The translations under genes and the position numbers were made by a program. DNA of 64,000 nt from Minisyncoccota bacterium (lineage in GTDB: Bacteria > Patescibacteriota > Minisyncoccia > Phycocordibacterales > WO2-35-19). The notes beneath the pieces are model-generated. The model had not been told where the DNA came from and did no database searches. It was given only the letters and a program-made list of their open reading frames with translations. Where the stretch lies: assembly GCA_036517255.1 (NCBI GenBank), contig DATDXE010000015.1, forward strand, positions 14,568-78,567, given 5' to 3'. Shown in pieces: positions 46,940 through 56,988 of this stretch; positions within the stretch are counted from its first letter, which is position 1, and each line of letters opens with the position of its first letter.

Positions 46940-48142
46940 TTATGCAACAATCTTTGTTACGGCACCGGCTCCTACAGTTTTACCTCCTTCGCGAATAGCA
47001 AACCTCTGTTTATCCTCGAGAGCAATAGGAGCAACCAACTTTACTTTGAATGTGGCTGTGTCTCCCGGCATTACCATTTCTACACCTTCTTTCAAAGTAA
47101 CTTCTCCAGTCACATCTGTCGTTCTGATATAGAACTGCGGCTTATAGCCAGTAAAGAATGGAGTATGGCGACCACCTTCTTCTTTCTTCAAGATATACAC
47201 TTCAGCTTCAAATTCAGTATGAGGATTGACCGATCCTGGCTTTGCCAAAACCTGACCTCGATGTACATCTTCCTTCTTCAAGCCTCGGAGCAAGATTCCG
47301 GCGTTGTCCCCCGCTTGAGCTTCTTGTAATTGCTTGTTAAACATTTCAACTCCAGTAATAGTAGTTTTTTGAGCATCTTTGAGACCTATAACTTCTACTT
47401 CTTCACCCACCTTAGCCATACCTCTTTCTACTTTTCCAGTAACCACTGTACCACGGCCTTCGATTGAGAATATATCTTCGATCGGCATTAGGAATGGCTT
47501 ATCGGTTTCCCTTACTGGCATTGGGATGAAAGTATCAAGAGTGTTTATGAGTTCCAATACTTTCATAGCCCATTCATCGGAAGCGTCCTTAGCATCAAGA
47601 GCCTTAAGGCCAGAACCACGGATGATAGGAGTAGCGGCGCCATCATAGCCGTTCTTGGTAAGAAGTTCGCGCACCTCTTCCTCCACAAGATCAATAAGGT
47701 CCTTATCAGGCACCATATCGCATTTGTTCAAGAACACTACAATTTTAGGTACACCAACTTGTTTTGCGAGCAAAATGTGCTCACGGGTTTGAGGCATCAC
47801 ACCATCAGTAGCAGCGACTACAAGCACCGCGCCATCCATTTGAGCGGCACCAGTAATCATGTTTTTAATGTAGTCAGCGTGACCTGGGGCATCAATGTGA
47901 GCGTAGTGACGAGCCGCTGTCCAATATTCAGAGTGGTGAAGGGCGATGGTGATGCCTCTAGCCTTTTCTTCAGGAGCATTGTCAATGCCATTTACATCTT
48001 CTACCCTAGCACCGTAACCCTTATCTTTATTCATATCAAGCACCTTCAATATAGACGCTGTAAGAGTCGTTTTGCCGTGGTCGACGTGGCCAATTGTACC
48101 TACGTTGATGTGCGGCTTGCTTCGATCAAAAGTATCTGCCAT
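46940..48142 (-). CDS. tuf: Elongation factor Tu
   Basis: [21 protein letters not shown]; 400 aa. Confidence 0.9.
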   Translation of the reverse strand: MADTFDRSKPHINVGTIGHVDHGKTTLTASILKVLDMNKDKGYGARVEDVNGIDNAPEEKARGITIALHHSEYWTAARHYAHIDAPGHADYIKNMITGAAQMDGAVLVVAATDGVMPQTREHILLAKQVGVPKIVVFLNKCDMVPDKDLIDLVEEEVRELLTKNGYDGAATPIIRGSGLKALDAKDASDEWAMKVLELINTLDTFIPMPVRETDKPFLMPIEDIFSIEGRGTVVTGKVERGMAKVGEEVEVIGLKDAQKTTITGVEMFNKQLQEAQAGDNAGILLRGLKKEDVHRGQVLAKPGSVNPHTEFEAEVYILKKEEGGRHTPFFTGYKPQFYIRTTDVTGEVTLKEGVEMVMPGDTATFKVKLVAPIALEDKQRFAIREGGKTVGAGAVTKIVA

Positions 48143-48305
48143 GTTTTTAAATATTAACTAATTAATTATAAATTTGACTAAACCTTAAACTGGCGACCTA
48201 AACTAACACGCACAAGGCCGCACTATTTTTAGAGTAGTTACAATTCTAACAAAAGAAATAAAATGATGCAAGAGCTGGCAAGAATTAGTATAGACGGCAA
48301 TTCTA

Positions 48306-48605
48306 CTAAGTCATAAGGAGGCTAGTCATTTTCTTCAAGCGACCAAGTTCTTCAGAAACTATGGTCGGGAATTGAGGCACTCGTTCCTGGAAAAAGCCCA
48401 TTATTTTTTGATAGTCAGCTCCAGCAGCACCAAGCATCTTCTCATATTCATCAAGGTCTTTCTCAACAAGAGAATCAAAGGAGCGCTCAAGTACCGACTC
48501 AAAAAGCATATTACCCACTTTCTCTATCATTCGCTCCTGTTCAAGCGGCGACAGGCCAGCAAAACCGAAATCGTGAGCTATTTTTGATTTAATATCTGGA
48601 TTCAT
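48306..48605 (-). CDS. Small hypothetical protein (99 aa)
   Basis: ORF between tuf and the 881-aa gene; no recognisable motif. Confidence 0.3.
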   Translation of the reverse strand: MNPDIKSKIAHDFGFAGLSPLEQERMIEKVGNMLFESVLERSFDSLVEKDLDEYEKMLGAAGADYQKIMGFFQERVPQFPTIVSEELGRLKKMTSLLMT

Positions 48606-48632
48606 TTATTCATGTTAATTATAGCATCTGTG

Positions 48633-51278
48633 TTAGGCCACTTGTTGAAGTTGTGCAGAATTAAAATTGTTTCGATGGTTTGACAAGATAAACCCTCCCA
48701 ACCTTTTAACGTAAGTAGCCACATTTTCCCTGTCAGAAGGAACTACTTTACCCTCCGCCATTTTTACAAGTTCTGTCATGTGGTGAAGCATTTTCTGATG
48801 TGCTGGCACCTCTTTCAATTCCTGTTGTATATCAGAAGATAAATCACTTTCATTTGAATCCTCAGTATAAAATTCGAGAACTTTTTTAGCTGACAGAGTG
48901 CTCATAAACTTCCAATTTTCAGTCCTAATGCCAGGCACCTTACTAAGGCCAAACATGGCCTTTTCTGTGTATACAGAGTTAATATCATCCCTAAAGGCGA
49001 CTTCTATTTGTTGTGCAAAAGCCGGATCCAAACTTATATTGCTTGGCCTAGTAACTCCAATTTCCGGCTTTGATAAGTGGTCGGTATCGGCATAAACATT
49101 CCTGTCCAGTTTAGGTTTTGGAAGTTCAATTTCTGCCACTTCTGCCACTTCTTCTGAAATACTAATTTTATCTTTATTATTTAAAATTTCGGCGACAGAT
49201 TCATGATTTATTTCTGCATCAGGATGAGCTTCTACAAAAGCTTTCACAGAATTAGTGCTTCCTAATATAGAGTTCTTTTGAGAATCAGAAAGCTTTATGG
49301 CTTTTTCGATAAATTGATCGAGCTCTTGTTTGCTACCTATAACTTCACTTGCATTAATTTTTTGTCCGGCAAAAAGCATCGGCCCGGCACCTGGAGTTTT
49401 AGCTTCTGGCAATCCATAACTTGTCGGATCTTTCAAATCACGATTGGTAATGGCACTAATAACATAAGTTTTTTGAGCTTGATCGAGAGAACTGAACTTA
49501 GGGTGATCCTTCAACCCTTCTTCCGCTATTTTCCAAATAGAATTAACTTTTTTCGGAGTAAGCTCCACTATCCGCTCCGGCAAAAGAGATGAGGTCTCTG
49601 AAGTTGTAGGTTGCACAAGAGAAGGTTCTATCTCTGGTTCTGGTTTAAGCTCAGAAATAACAGAAGTTTCCTCAGGAGCATTGAATATAGGGGCATCAGG
49701 CCTAGGAGGAACGACGACTGGAGGTTCTGGAGTACTCTGACTTTCTGGAGTTATTTCTGTTTTACTTCCTCCTAAACCAAAATGACTATTGAGATCCATG
49801 GCACCAGAGAGAAAGCCTAACCCTGCCCCAGCACCAAAAGCGACAGCTGACTTGGCCAATATTCTTCTCTTTTTATCGGCCGCCGTTTCTTTTTCTATTT
49901 TTTCATAACTACCCATAGCTGATTTCAGATCGGTTTCATTATAAGAATATTTTAGCTTTTCTTTTTTATCTTCACCTTTAGCTTCAGCTTTCTCCGTAGA
50001 GAAAATCCTTTGAGCTCCAGCATTAACTGCGGCCATCACAGGCATCGCCGCAAGTCCTCTTAAGCCTCTAGCCCCCACATACCCAACAGCTGCGGTGGCA
50101 CCCAAGAAACCAGTGGTATATCCAGCAACCCCAAAGAGAAGTGTGCTTATGGCTAATCGTTTATATTTATTTTGACTTGCATACCACTGTAAGCTCTTAA
50201 ACATTGCTTCCTTAACTCTTTCTGCTAATACTGATTTTTCCCCTTCTCTAAGCCTTGCTCTCTCGACCATCATATTCTTATGTTCGACTACCACAACCTC
50301 ATCCATCACCCTTCTTTTCATCTCGTGATGAGCTCTCTCAAGTTGTATTGAGTGTACTTCTCCATGACCTTCGATTTCATGTTTCAAATAAACTTCGTCT
50401 CTTATTTTGAGTGACTCTTGATCCAGAGCTGCGTAGTAAGCACCTTCAGCCTCTTGGAGTTCAAGAGCTCCTGCGTTTTCTATGCCGCTTTTTTTATTTA
50501 TCCTCTCCTGCTCAAGCAGCCTTGCATAATTAGTACGCAAAATATCTAAAGAAACCCCAGCCTCTAAAACAGGCTCGGCCATTTGTATTCCACCAGCAGG
50601 TGCCACTGGTATTTCTTGAAGGGCCCCAGATTCTGGGTGTGTAATTTGTTCATTATCACTTAATGCAGAAGCTATTTCATTTGCTAATTTTTGTTTTTCT
50701 TGCTCTTCAATATCATCCACTTTAGGTGCGGCTTCGACTACAGGTTCAGTTTTAGGCTCAACATTCTGTCCTGGAACTACCTCTACTTTCGGCAAAACAT
50801 CGATAACCTCATTAGCTGTTACTCCTATACCTATAACTATCTGATCTCCATGAGGAAACACTCCTCTTTGATTATCTAAAATAATTATTTTTGGAAGAGA
50901 GATTAAAACCTCTCCAGACTTTACTTTTTCTATAACTTCACACAAAGAATACAAAGTGCCTTCTATCCCTTGAAGTTGTTCCGCTTTAAGATTTTCTGGC
51001 TTAAGAGCGGGCGATAATTTTATTTCGATACCTAGACCACTTTCGTTTACAAGCTTATTAGTTTCATCAAGCTTTTCGACAAGACTAGCCAAATCTTCTG
51101 TATTGTCTGGCAATTTCTCTAGAGCCTGTGGAGCTAAAGATTTTTTTATATTTGCATCTCGGTACTTATTGGCAGTACTACGATCAAATTGACTCATAAA
51201 ATCTTTCACCTGCTCTCTTGAAAGACCTTTTTTCTCTCCCATTCTCTCTCCTGGTTCAAAATTGGAAGCTGTAGCCAT
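48633..51278 (-). CDS. Large hypothetical protein (881 aa); E/K-rich coiled-coil-like regions and two Gly/Ala-rich hydrophobic segments
   Basis: Uninterrupted ORF with host-like AT-rich codon usage; no recognisable catalytic motif. Confidence 0.45.
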   Translation of the reverse strand: MATASNFEPGERMGEKKGLSREQVKDFMSQFDRSTANKYRDANIKKSLAPQALEKLPDNTEDLASLVEKLDETNKLVNESGLGIEIKLSPALKPENLKAEQLQGIEGTLYSLCEVIEKVKSGEVLISLPKIIILDNQRGVFPHGDQIVIGIGVTANEVIDVLPKVEVVPGQNVEPKTEPVVEAAPKVDDIEEQEKQKLANEIASALSDNEQITHPESGALQEIPVAPAGGIQMAEPVLEAGVSLDILRTNYARLLEQERINKKSGIENAGALELQEAEGAYYAALDQESLKIRDEVYLKHEIEGHGEVHSIQLERAHHEMKRRVMDEVVVVEHKNMMVERARLREGEKSVLAERVKEAMFKSLQWYASQNKYKRLAISTLLFGVAGYTTGFLGATAAVGYVGARGLRGLAAMPVMAAVNAGAQRIFSTEKAEAKGEDKKEKLKYSYNETDLKSAMGSYEKIEKETAADKKRRILAKSAVAFGAGAGLGFLSGAMDLNSHFGLGGSKTEITPESQSTPEPPVVVPPRPDAPIFNAPEETSVISELKPEPEIEPSLVQPTTSETSSLLPERIVELTPKKVNSIWKIAEEGLKDHPKFSSLDQAQKTYVISAITNRDLKDPTSYGLPEAKTPGAGPMLFAGQKINASEVIGSKQELDQFIEKAIKLSDSQKNSILGSTNSVKAFVEAHPDAEINHESVAEILNNKDKISISEEVAEVAEIELPKPKLDRNVYADTDHLSKPEIGVTRPSNISLDPAFAQQIEVAFRDDINSVYTEKAMFGLSKVPGIRTENWKFMSTLSAKKVLEFYTEDSNESDLSSDIQQELKEVPAHQKMLHHMTELVKMAEGKVVPSDRENVATYVKRLGGFILSNHRNNFNSAQLQQVA

Positions 51279-51370
51279 AAAATAATAATAACACCGTAAA
51301 CAAAAATCACCAGTCTCTTCTGACGATTCTTGACTTTCAACTTTATAAACTTATGAACTTTTTGACTAAA

Positions 51371-53530
51371 CTACTTATTCCTAGACTCAGCAATAGCATT
51401 CGCTACGTTCGGCGGGACAATAGCATAATGATCAAATTCCATGTTGGCACTGCCTCGGCCTTCTGTCATAGAACGCAAAGTAGTAACGAAGCCGAAAAGC
51501 TCAGCTAGAGGCACTTTAGCTCTTACTAATTTCAAACCAAAACGATCCTCCATCGCCTCCACAGCACCTCGTTTGGAAGAAAGGTAACCGGTGATATCGC
51601 CCATAAACTTTTCAGGCACTACCACCTCGATTTTCATAATAGGTTCGAGAATGACTGGTTTTGCTTTCTTCGCGGCTTCCTGGAAGGCTTGCGAAGCGGC
51701 TATTTTGTAGGCAATTTCAGAAGAGTCAACATCGTGGTAGGAACCAAATGTCAGTTCGCAAGAAATATCGGTCATCTTATAACCAGCTACCACTCCGCGC
51801 TCCATCGATTCTTTCACTCCTTTTTCAACGGCAGGAATAAATTCTTGTGGAATAACTCCTCCCTTAATGGAATCGATAAACTCAAAACCTTCATCACGAT
51901 GAACATTTTTAGGTAATTTTTTCTCTGGATCGGCTAAAGGCTGGAGAGGTTTAATTTTAATTTTAACGTGACCGTATTGACCCTTACCACCAGTTTGTTT
52001 GATATATTTATTTTCCACTTCCGCTTCTCCAGTAATAGTTTCCTTGTAGGCTACCTGAGGGGCGCCGACATTGGCTTCCACGCTAAACTCCCTCTTCATA
52101 CGATCGACAATAATTTCAAGATGCAACTCACCCATACCCATGATAACTGTTTCTCCGGTATCGGTATCGCTCTTTATTCTAAATGTCGGATCTTCATCGG
52201 CAAGACGGTGCAAAGCCATACCCATTTTTTCTTGATCGGCTTTGGTTTTTGGTTCAATACGGAGTGAAATAACAGGCTCTGGAAATACTATCTGATCAAG
52301 CATAATAGGGTTACTCTCGTCACAGAAAGTGTGTGAAGTTTTAGCTGTTTTCAAGCCTACGGCGGCAGCAATTTCTCCAGCAAAAACTTTTTTTACCTCT
52401 TCCCTTTGATTGGCTTGCAAACGAACGATACGACCAAGGCGCTCCTTATCACCAGTAGTCACATTATAGATATAACTTCCAGCCTCGATAGTACCTGAGT
52501 AAACACGGAAGAATGTCAGTTGACCCACAAAAGGATCAGCCTGTAATTTGAAAGCTAGAGCAGAGAAAGGTTCAGTATCAGAAGCATGCCTAGTGACCTC
52601 CTCGCCAGTTAAAGGATTGAGTCCTTTCACAGGAGGAATGTCGAGAGGACTAGGAAGATAATCTACCACAGCGTCAAGCACTAACTGAACTCCTTTATTT
52701 TTAAGAGCAGAACCAGTAAGGACTGGGAAAATTTTGTTCTCGATAACAGCCTTACGAAGAGTTTCTTTGAGAAGCGGCAGGGAGACTTCAACCCCCTCTA
52801 GATACTTAGTCATCAAAGCTTCATCGTTCTCTACTATTCTTTCAACTAGTTCGCCACGATATTTTTCAGCCTCAGCTCTTAAGCTTTCTGGAAAAGTCAC
52901 TTCTACTACTTCGTTTCCAAGCTGACCTATAAATCCATAGGCCTTCATAGTAAGAAGGTCGATCACTCCCTCATGTTTGTCCTCTTCTCCAATCGGTATT
53001 TGCATACGCACGGCTTTTTTCGAAAGTCTATCGAGAATCGATTTGTATGATCGTTCAAAGGAAGCCCCTGTTCTATCGAGTTTGTTGATAAAACAGATGC
53101 GAGGTACGTTTGCCTCCTCAGCATAACGCCAATTAGTTTCAGACTGAGGCTCTACACCAGCCACACCGTCGAATACTACTACGGCTCCGTCGAGTACTCT
53201 TAGAGATCTTTTTACTTCTACGGTGAAATCGATGTGGCCAGGAGTATCAATGATGTTAAACCTATATTTGTTGGCAGAATTGGTACGGTCTTCTACTGAA
53301 AGATGGGTAGGGCCCCAGAAGCAAGTAATAGCAGCGGCAGTAATAGTGATGCCCCTCTCTCTTTCCTGCTCCATCCAATCGGTAGTAGTTTCTCCCTCAT
53401 GCACTTCGCCGATTTTATGTTGCGCTCCAGTATAAAACAAAATGCGTTCCGACACCGTCGTCTTCCCTGCATCAATATGAGCGATGATTCCGAAATTCCT
53501 AACTCTTTCTAAAGGATAATCTCTGTTCAT
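51371..53530 (-). CDS. fusA: Elongation factor G
   Basis: NFGIIAHIDAGKTTVSERIL; 719 aa. Confidence 0.9.
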   Translation of the reverse strand: MNRDYPLERVRNFGIIAHIDAGKTTVSERILFYTGAQHKIGEVHEGETTTDWMEQERERGITITAAAITCFWGPTHLSVEDRTNSANKYRFNIIDTPGHIDFTVEVKRSLRVLDGAVVVFDGVAGVEPQSETNWRYAEEANVPRICFINKLDRTGASFERSYKSILDRLSKKAVRMQIPIGEEDKHEGVIDLLTMKAYGFIGQLGNEVVEVTFPESLRAEAEKYRGELVERIVENDEALMTKYLEGVEVSLPLLKETLRKAVIENKIFPVLTGSALKNKGVQLVLDAVVDYLPSPLDIPPVKGLNPLTGEEVTRHASDTEPFSALAFKLQADPFVGQLTFFRVYSGTIEAGSYIYNVTTGDKERLGRIVRLQANQREEVKKVFAGEIAAAVGLKTAKTSHTFCDESNPIMLDQIVFPEPVISLRIEPKTKADQEKMGMALHRLADEDPTFRIKSDTDTGETVIMGMGELHLEIIVDRMKREFSVEANVGAPQVAYKETITGEAEVENKYIKQTGGKGQYGHVKIKIKPLQPLADPEKKLPKNVHRDEGFEFIDSIKGGVIPQEFIPAVEKGVKESMERGVVAGYKMTDISCELTFGSYHDVDSSEIAYKIAASQAFQEAAKKAKPVILEPIMKIEVVVPEKFMGDITGYLSSKRGAVEAMEDRFGLKLVRAKVPLAELFGFVTTLRSMTEGRGSANMEFDHYAIVPPNVANAIAESRNK

Positions 53531-53593
53531 TTTTTAAATTTAAAATTTATTTAACTTCTCGACTTACTCGGAGTAATTTTTGCGAAGCAAAAA

Positions 53594-54064
53594 TTACCAG
53601 GCAAAATGAGCAAAAGCTTTGTTTGCTTCAGCCATTTTATGAGTGTTCTCACGTTTTCTGATAGCTTCACCCTCATTTTTAGAAGCCAAGATTATCTCTT
53701 CAGCCAACTTTTCTGCCATTGGCTTACCCTTCTTGGCTTTAGCGGCCTCTATAACCCACTTCATACCGAGGTATAGGCGACGCTCAGGCCTTACTTCTCT
53801 CGGAACTTGATAATTAGCACCTCCCACTCGGCGAGAACGTACCTCCATTGTTGGGCCAGTGTTATTCAAAGCTGTTTCAAATATAACTATCGGATCTTCC
53901 ACCTTCTCCTTCTCTTTTATCAAATCAAAAGATGTATACACTATTTTACGAGCAGTATTTTTTTTCCCCTCCTGCATAACATAATTGATAAACTTCTCGA
54001 TTTTGGTCGAATTAAATTGAATATCAGGCTTTACTATATTTCTATTTTTAACTTTTCTTCTCAT
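53594..54064 (-). CDS. rpsG: 30S ribosomal protein S7
   Basis: Position plus S7 pattern. Confidence 0.8.
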   Translation of the reverse strand: MRRKVKNRNIVKPDIQFNSTKIEKFINYVMQEGKKNTARKIVYTSFDLIKEKEKVEDPIVIFETALNNTGPTMEVRSRRVGGANYQVPREVRPERRLYLGMKWVIEAAKAKKGKPMAEKLAEEIILASKNEGEAIRKRENTHKMAEANKAFAHFAW

Positions 54065-54067
54065 CTT

Positions 54068-54478
54068 TTATTTTTTCGGCCTCTTAGCTCCATAAGTAGA
54101 ACGTGAAGTCATGCGTTTTTCCACACCTCCAGCATCGAGCTTGCCACGTACGATGGTATAACGGACACCGATATCCTTCACTCGGCCTCCTCGAAGCACT
54201 ACCATCGAGTGCTCCTGTAAGTTGTGGCCAATACCAGGGATATAAGCGGTGACTTCCATACCATTAGTAAGACGGACCCTGGCTATTTTACGGATAGCAG
54301 AGTTAGGTTTGCGAGGAGTTTTAGTAGTAACCTTTGTACATACGCCTCTTTTAAAAGGTGAAGCATAGTATACCGGCCTATTTTTCAAAGTATTGAAACC
54401 GCGAGCTAAAGCTACCGCTTTTGACTTAGCATGCATTTTTTTCCTCTTCTTTTTTACTAACTGATTGATGGTCGACAT
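54068..54478 (-). CDS. rpsL: 30S ribosomal protein S12
   Basis: [13 protein letters not shown]...KPNSAIRK...LRGGRVKD. The start is taken at the internal Met. Confidence 0.8.
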   Translation of the reverse strand: MSTINQLVKKKRKKMHAKSKAVALARGFNTLKNRPVYYASPFKRGVCTKVTTKTPRKPNSAIRKIARVRLTNGMEVTAYIPGIGHNLQEHSMVVLRGGRVKDIGVRYTIVRGKLDAGGVEKRMTSRSTYGAKRPKK

Positions 54479-54576
54479 ATAAAAATCCCCGACCGACCAA
54501 GCTTCGCTAGTTCGAAGCGGGCGGGCCTTCCGGGACAACTGACATAATTTAATACAAACCCTCCTAAAAAGCAAAT

Positions 54577-55191
54577 TTAGAAAAATGAAGAACCGACAAG
54601 GAGTTTAAAGAGGACGGAAGCGGCTGGAGAAAGAAAGGGCCAGAGGACAAAAACAAAGAGGAAAACTAGTGGAAGACCCCAGCGTTCGACACTAGTCCGA
54701 AGATGCTGCAGGTGGTAAGGCAAAATAGCAAAAAGTATTTTTGAGCCATCGAGAGGAGGAATAGGAATGAGGTTGAAAAGAGCCAATACTATATTTATAA
54801 AAACCAAGTAGCCCGATAAGAAAAAGAATCCTTCTGACGTTACCCCATACGCCGCCGCTCCTCTTATAATAAGAGCGAAGACTATAGCCATGATTATATT
54901 TGAAAGCGGCCCAGCTAAAGCCACTATGGCTTCGCCCCACTTTTTATTACTTAGGTTATATGGATTGAAAGGAACAGGCTTGGCCCAACCGATAATCACG
55001 CCCCCGACAAAAAAACCTATTAAAGGTACTAATATAGAGCCAACAGGATCAATGTGTGAAATAGGATTTAAAGTGAGCCTACCTTCATACTTAGCGGTCG
55101 GGTCGCCAAGCCACAAAGCAGCATAGCCGTGGGATACTTCGTGAATCACGACCGAAAAAAGAAGTATTAGGATAATAAAAATAAATTCCAT
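54577..55191 (-). CDS. Site-2 protease family (M50) membrane metalloprotease
   Basis: HEVSHG HExxH motif within a TM helix; polytopic. Confidence 0.55.
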   Translation of the reverse strand: MEFIFIILILLFSVVIHEVSHGYAALWLGDPTAKYEGRLTLNPISHIDPVGSILVPLIGFFVGGVIIGWAKPVPFNPYNLSNKKWGEAIVALAGPLSNIIMAIVFALIIRGAAAYGVTSEGFFFLSGYLVFINIVLALFNLIPIPPLDGSKILFAILPYHLQHLRTSVERWGLPLVFLFVFVLWPFLSPAASVLFKLLVGSSFF

Positions 55192-55230
55192 TTTGCTTAT
55201 ATTAGACTTTATGCTAACATAGTCAGCACT

Positions 55231-55473
55231 ATGGCTAAAGTATGCGCGATTACAAATAAGAGCTCACAAGTTGGAGGACGCTACTCCAACAGGACTCGTG
55301 CTCTCCAATTCAACCCTTGCGGTGATGTAAGGCGCTATGCCAACATGCAAAAAAAACGCATCTTCGTACCTGAGCTCAATAAAACCATCACTCTCACCCT
55401 TTCCGCTCGGGGTATCAAAACTATTCAAAAGAAAGGCGCTTTTGCTACTCTAAAAGAAGCCGGGATAATTTAA
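55231..55473 (+). CDS. rpmB: 50S ribosomal protein L28
   Basis: MAKVCAITNK...QKKRIFVPEL. Confidence 0.6.
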   Translation: MAKVCAITNKSSQVGGRYSNRTRALQFNPCGDVRRYANMQKKRIFVPELNKTITLTLSARGIKTIQKKGAFATLKEAGII

Positions 55474-55488
55474 CCCCACCCTCAGGTG

Positions 55489-56358
55489 TTATTTCAATTT
55501 CAAGTTCGCGCCATCACTCCCAAAGACAATTCTTCCTTCTGTATCAGTACGCAGGATTTTGACATTATTGTTTTCTAAAATTTTCAAAACTTCAAGAGTA
55601 GGGTGACCATATCTATTTTCTTTCCCAGATGAAATAACTGCGTACTCTGGAGCTACGGCTTTTACAAACAAGTCAGATGTAGAAGTTTTTGAACCATGAT
55701 GCCCTACTTTTAAAATATCAGCATTCAAGTTACTCCCTAAATATATAAGTGCGTTTTCGGTTTTTATAGGAGCATCCCCAGTGAGTAAAAATTCTGTCTC
55801 ACCATATACTAGCCGAGCTACAATAGAAGCGTCGTTGGTTTCCCAATTTGTAACATCACCCACTGGAAAAATAATTTCTAAATTTACTCCAGCACCAAGT
55901 TCCACTACCATTCCCCTCCTAGCTTCTATAAGTGTAGTCGAAGCAATTTTTCTTTTTAGTTCTAAATAGACATTGGTGTCAGTATCGACTCCCGGCTCCA
56001 TAAATAAACTAATTTTATATCTATCAAAAACATCATTAAGTCCTCCCACGTGATCAGCATCGGGATGAGTGGCGATGACAACATCGATAGAACGATCGTA
56101 AAAAGGCATCATTGCGCCAATTTCCCGCAGAATAGATCGCCCCGGCCCACCATCAATAAGCACCTGATTACCGTTAGGTGCCTCGATAAAAATAGCGTCT
56201 CCTTGGCCTATATTCAGAAAAGCTACGGTCAAAATCTTGCTTCTTATTTCTGTCACATATATATAAACAGAAATAACACAAACAAAGAGTAGAAGGGTAA
56301 ATAGAGCTAAACGAATTTTTAATCTGCGGTTCATGTCGTTATGATACAATATCATCAT
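55489..56358 (-). CDS. MBL-fold metallo-hydrolase, ComEC C-terminal (lactamase_B) domain as a separate gene
   Basis: HPDADHVGG metal-binding motif; N-terminal TM. Confidence 0.5.
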   Translation of the reverse strand: MMILYHNDMNRRLKIRLALFTLLLFVCVISVYIYVTEIRSKILTVAFLNIGQGDAIFIEAPNGNQVLIDGGPGRSILREIGAMMPFYDRSIDVVIATHPDADHVGGLNDVFDRYKISLFMEPGVDTDTNVYLELKRKIASTTLIEARRGMVVELGAGVNLEIIFPVGDVTNWETNDASIVARLVYGETEFLLTGDAPIKTENALIYLGSNLNADILKVGHHGSKTSTSDLFVKAVAPEYAVISSGKENRYGHPTLEVLKILENNNVKILRTDTEGRIVFGSDGANLKLK

Positions 56359-56391
56359 CTATTCCTTAATTTATTCGTTATTTTCTATACC

Positions 56392-56988
56392 ATGACAAAG
56401 TTCGAAGCAAAAAAGTTTAATATTCCAGAATTGAAAGGTATTTCAGCTAAAAGCATAGAGGAACATATCAAACTTTATGAGGGCTATGTGAAGAACGCTA
56501 ACTTAATTTTGGAGCATATAGACGAATTAGGAAAAGACAGCGAGAAATATGCCTACGAGCTCGGAGAAATAAATAGGCGGTTTTCATTCGAATTCAACGG
56601 CATGCGCAATCATGAAATATATTTTGCATCTCTGGAAGGCGGCGGTTCGTCTTGTGTAGATGGTCATCTTCTACACAAAGAGATTGAGAAAACTTGGGGG
56701 TCGTTCGATCTGTTTTTAAATAGATTTAAAGCTATAGCTCTAACTCGTGGAGTCGGTTGGGCGATATTATATTATGATCCACAAACAAAACAATTACTGA
56801 CAGCTTGGATTGACGAGCAACATCTAGGCCAACTCTCTGGCTGCTCGGCTATCCTTGCTCTAGATATGTGGGAACACTCATTCGTATTCGATTACCAACC
56901 TTCAGGAAAGAAAAATTATATAGAAGATTTTTTTGCTAATTTAAATTGGGGTGTGATTGAAAATAATTTCGCTCTCGCCATAGAATAG
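56392..56988 (+). CDS. Fe/Mn superoxide dismutase family protein (divergent)
   Basis: C-terminal DMWEHSF(VF)DYQ motif. The N-terminal HHxxHH is reduced to HIKLY. Confidence 0.5.
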   Translation: MTKFEAKKFNIPELKGISAKSIEEHIKLYEGYVKNANLILEHIDELGKDSEKYAYELGEINRRFSFEFNGMRNHEIYFASLEGGGSSCVDGHLLHKEIEKTWGSFDLFLNRFKAIALTRGVGWAILYYDPQTKQLLTAWIDEQHLGQLSGCSAILALDMWEHSFVFDYQPSGKKNYIEDFFANLNWGVIENNFALAIE

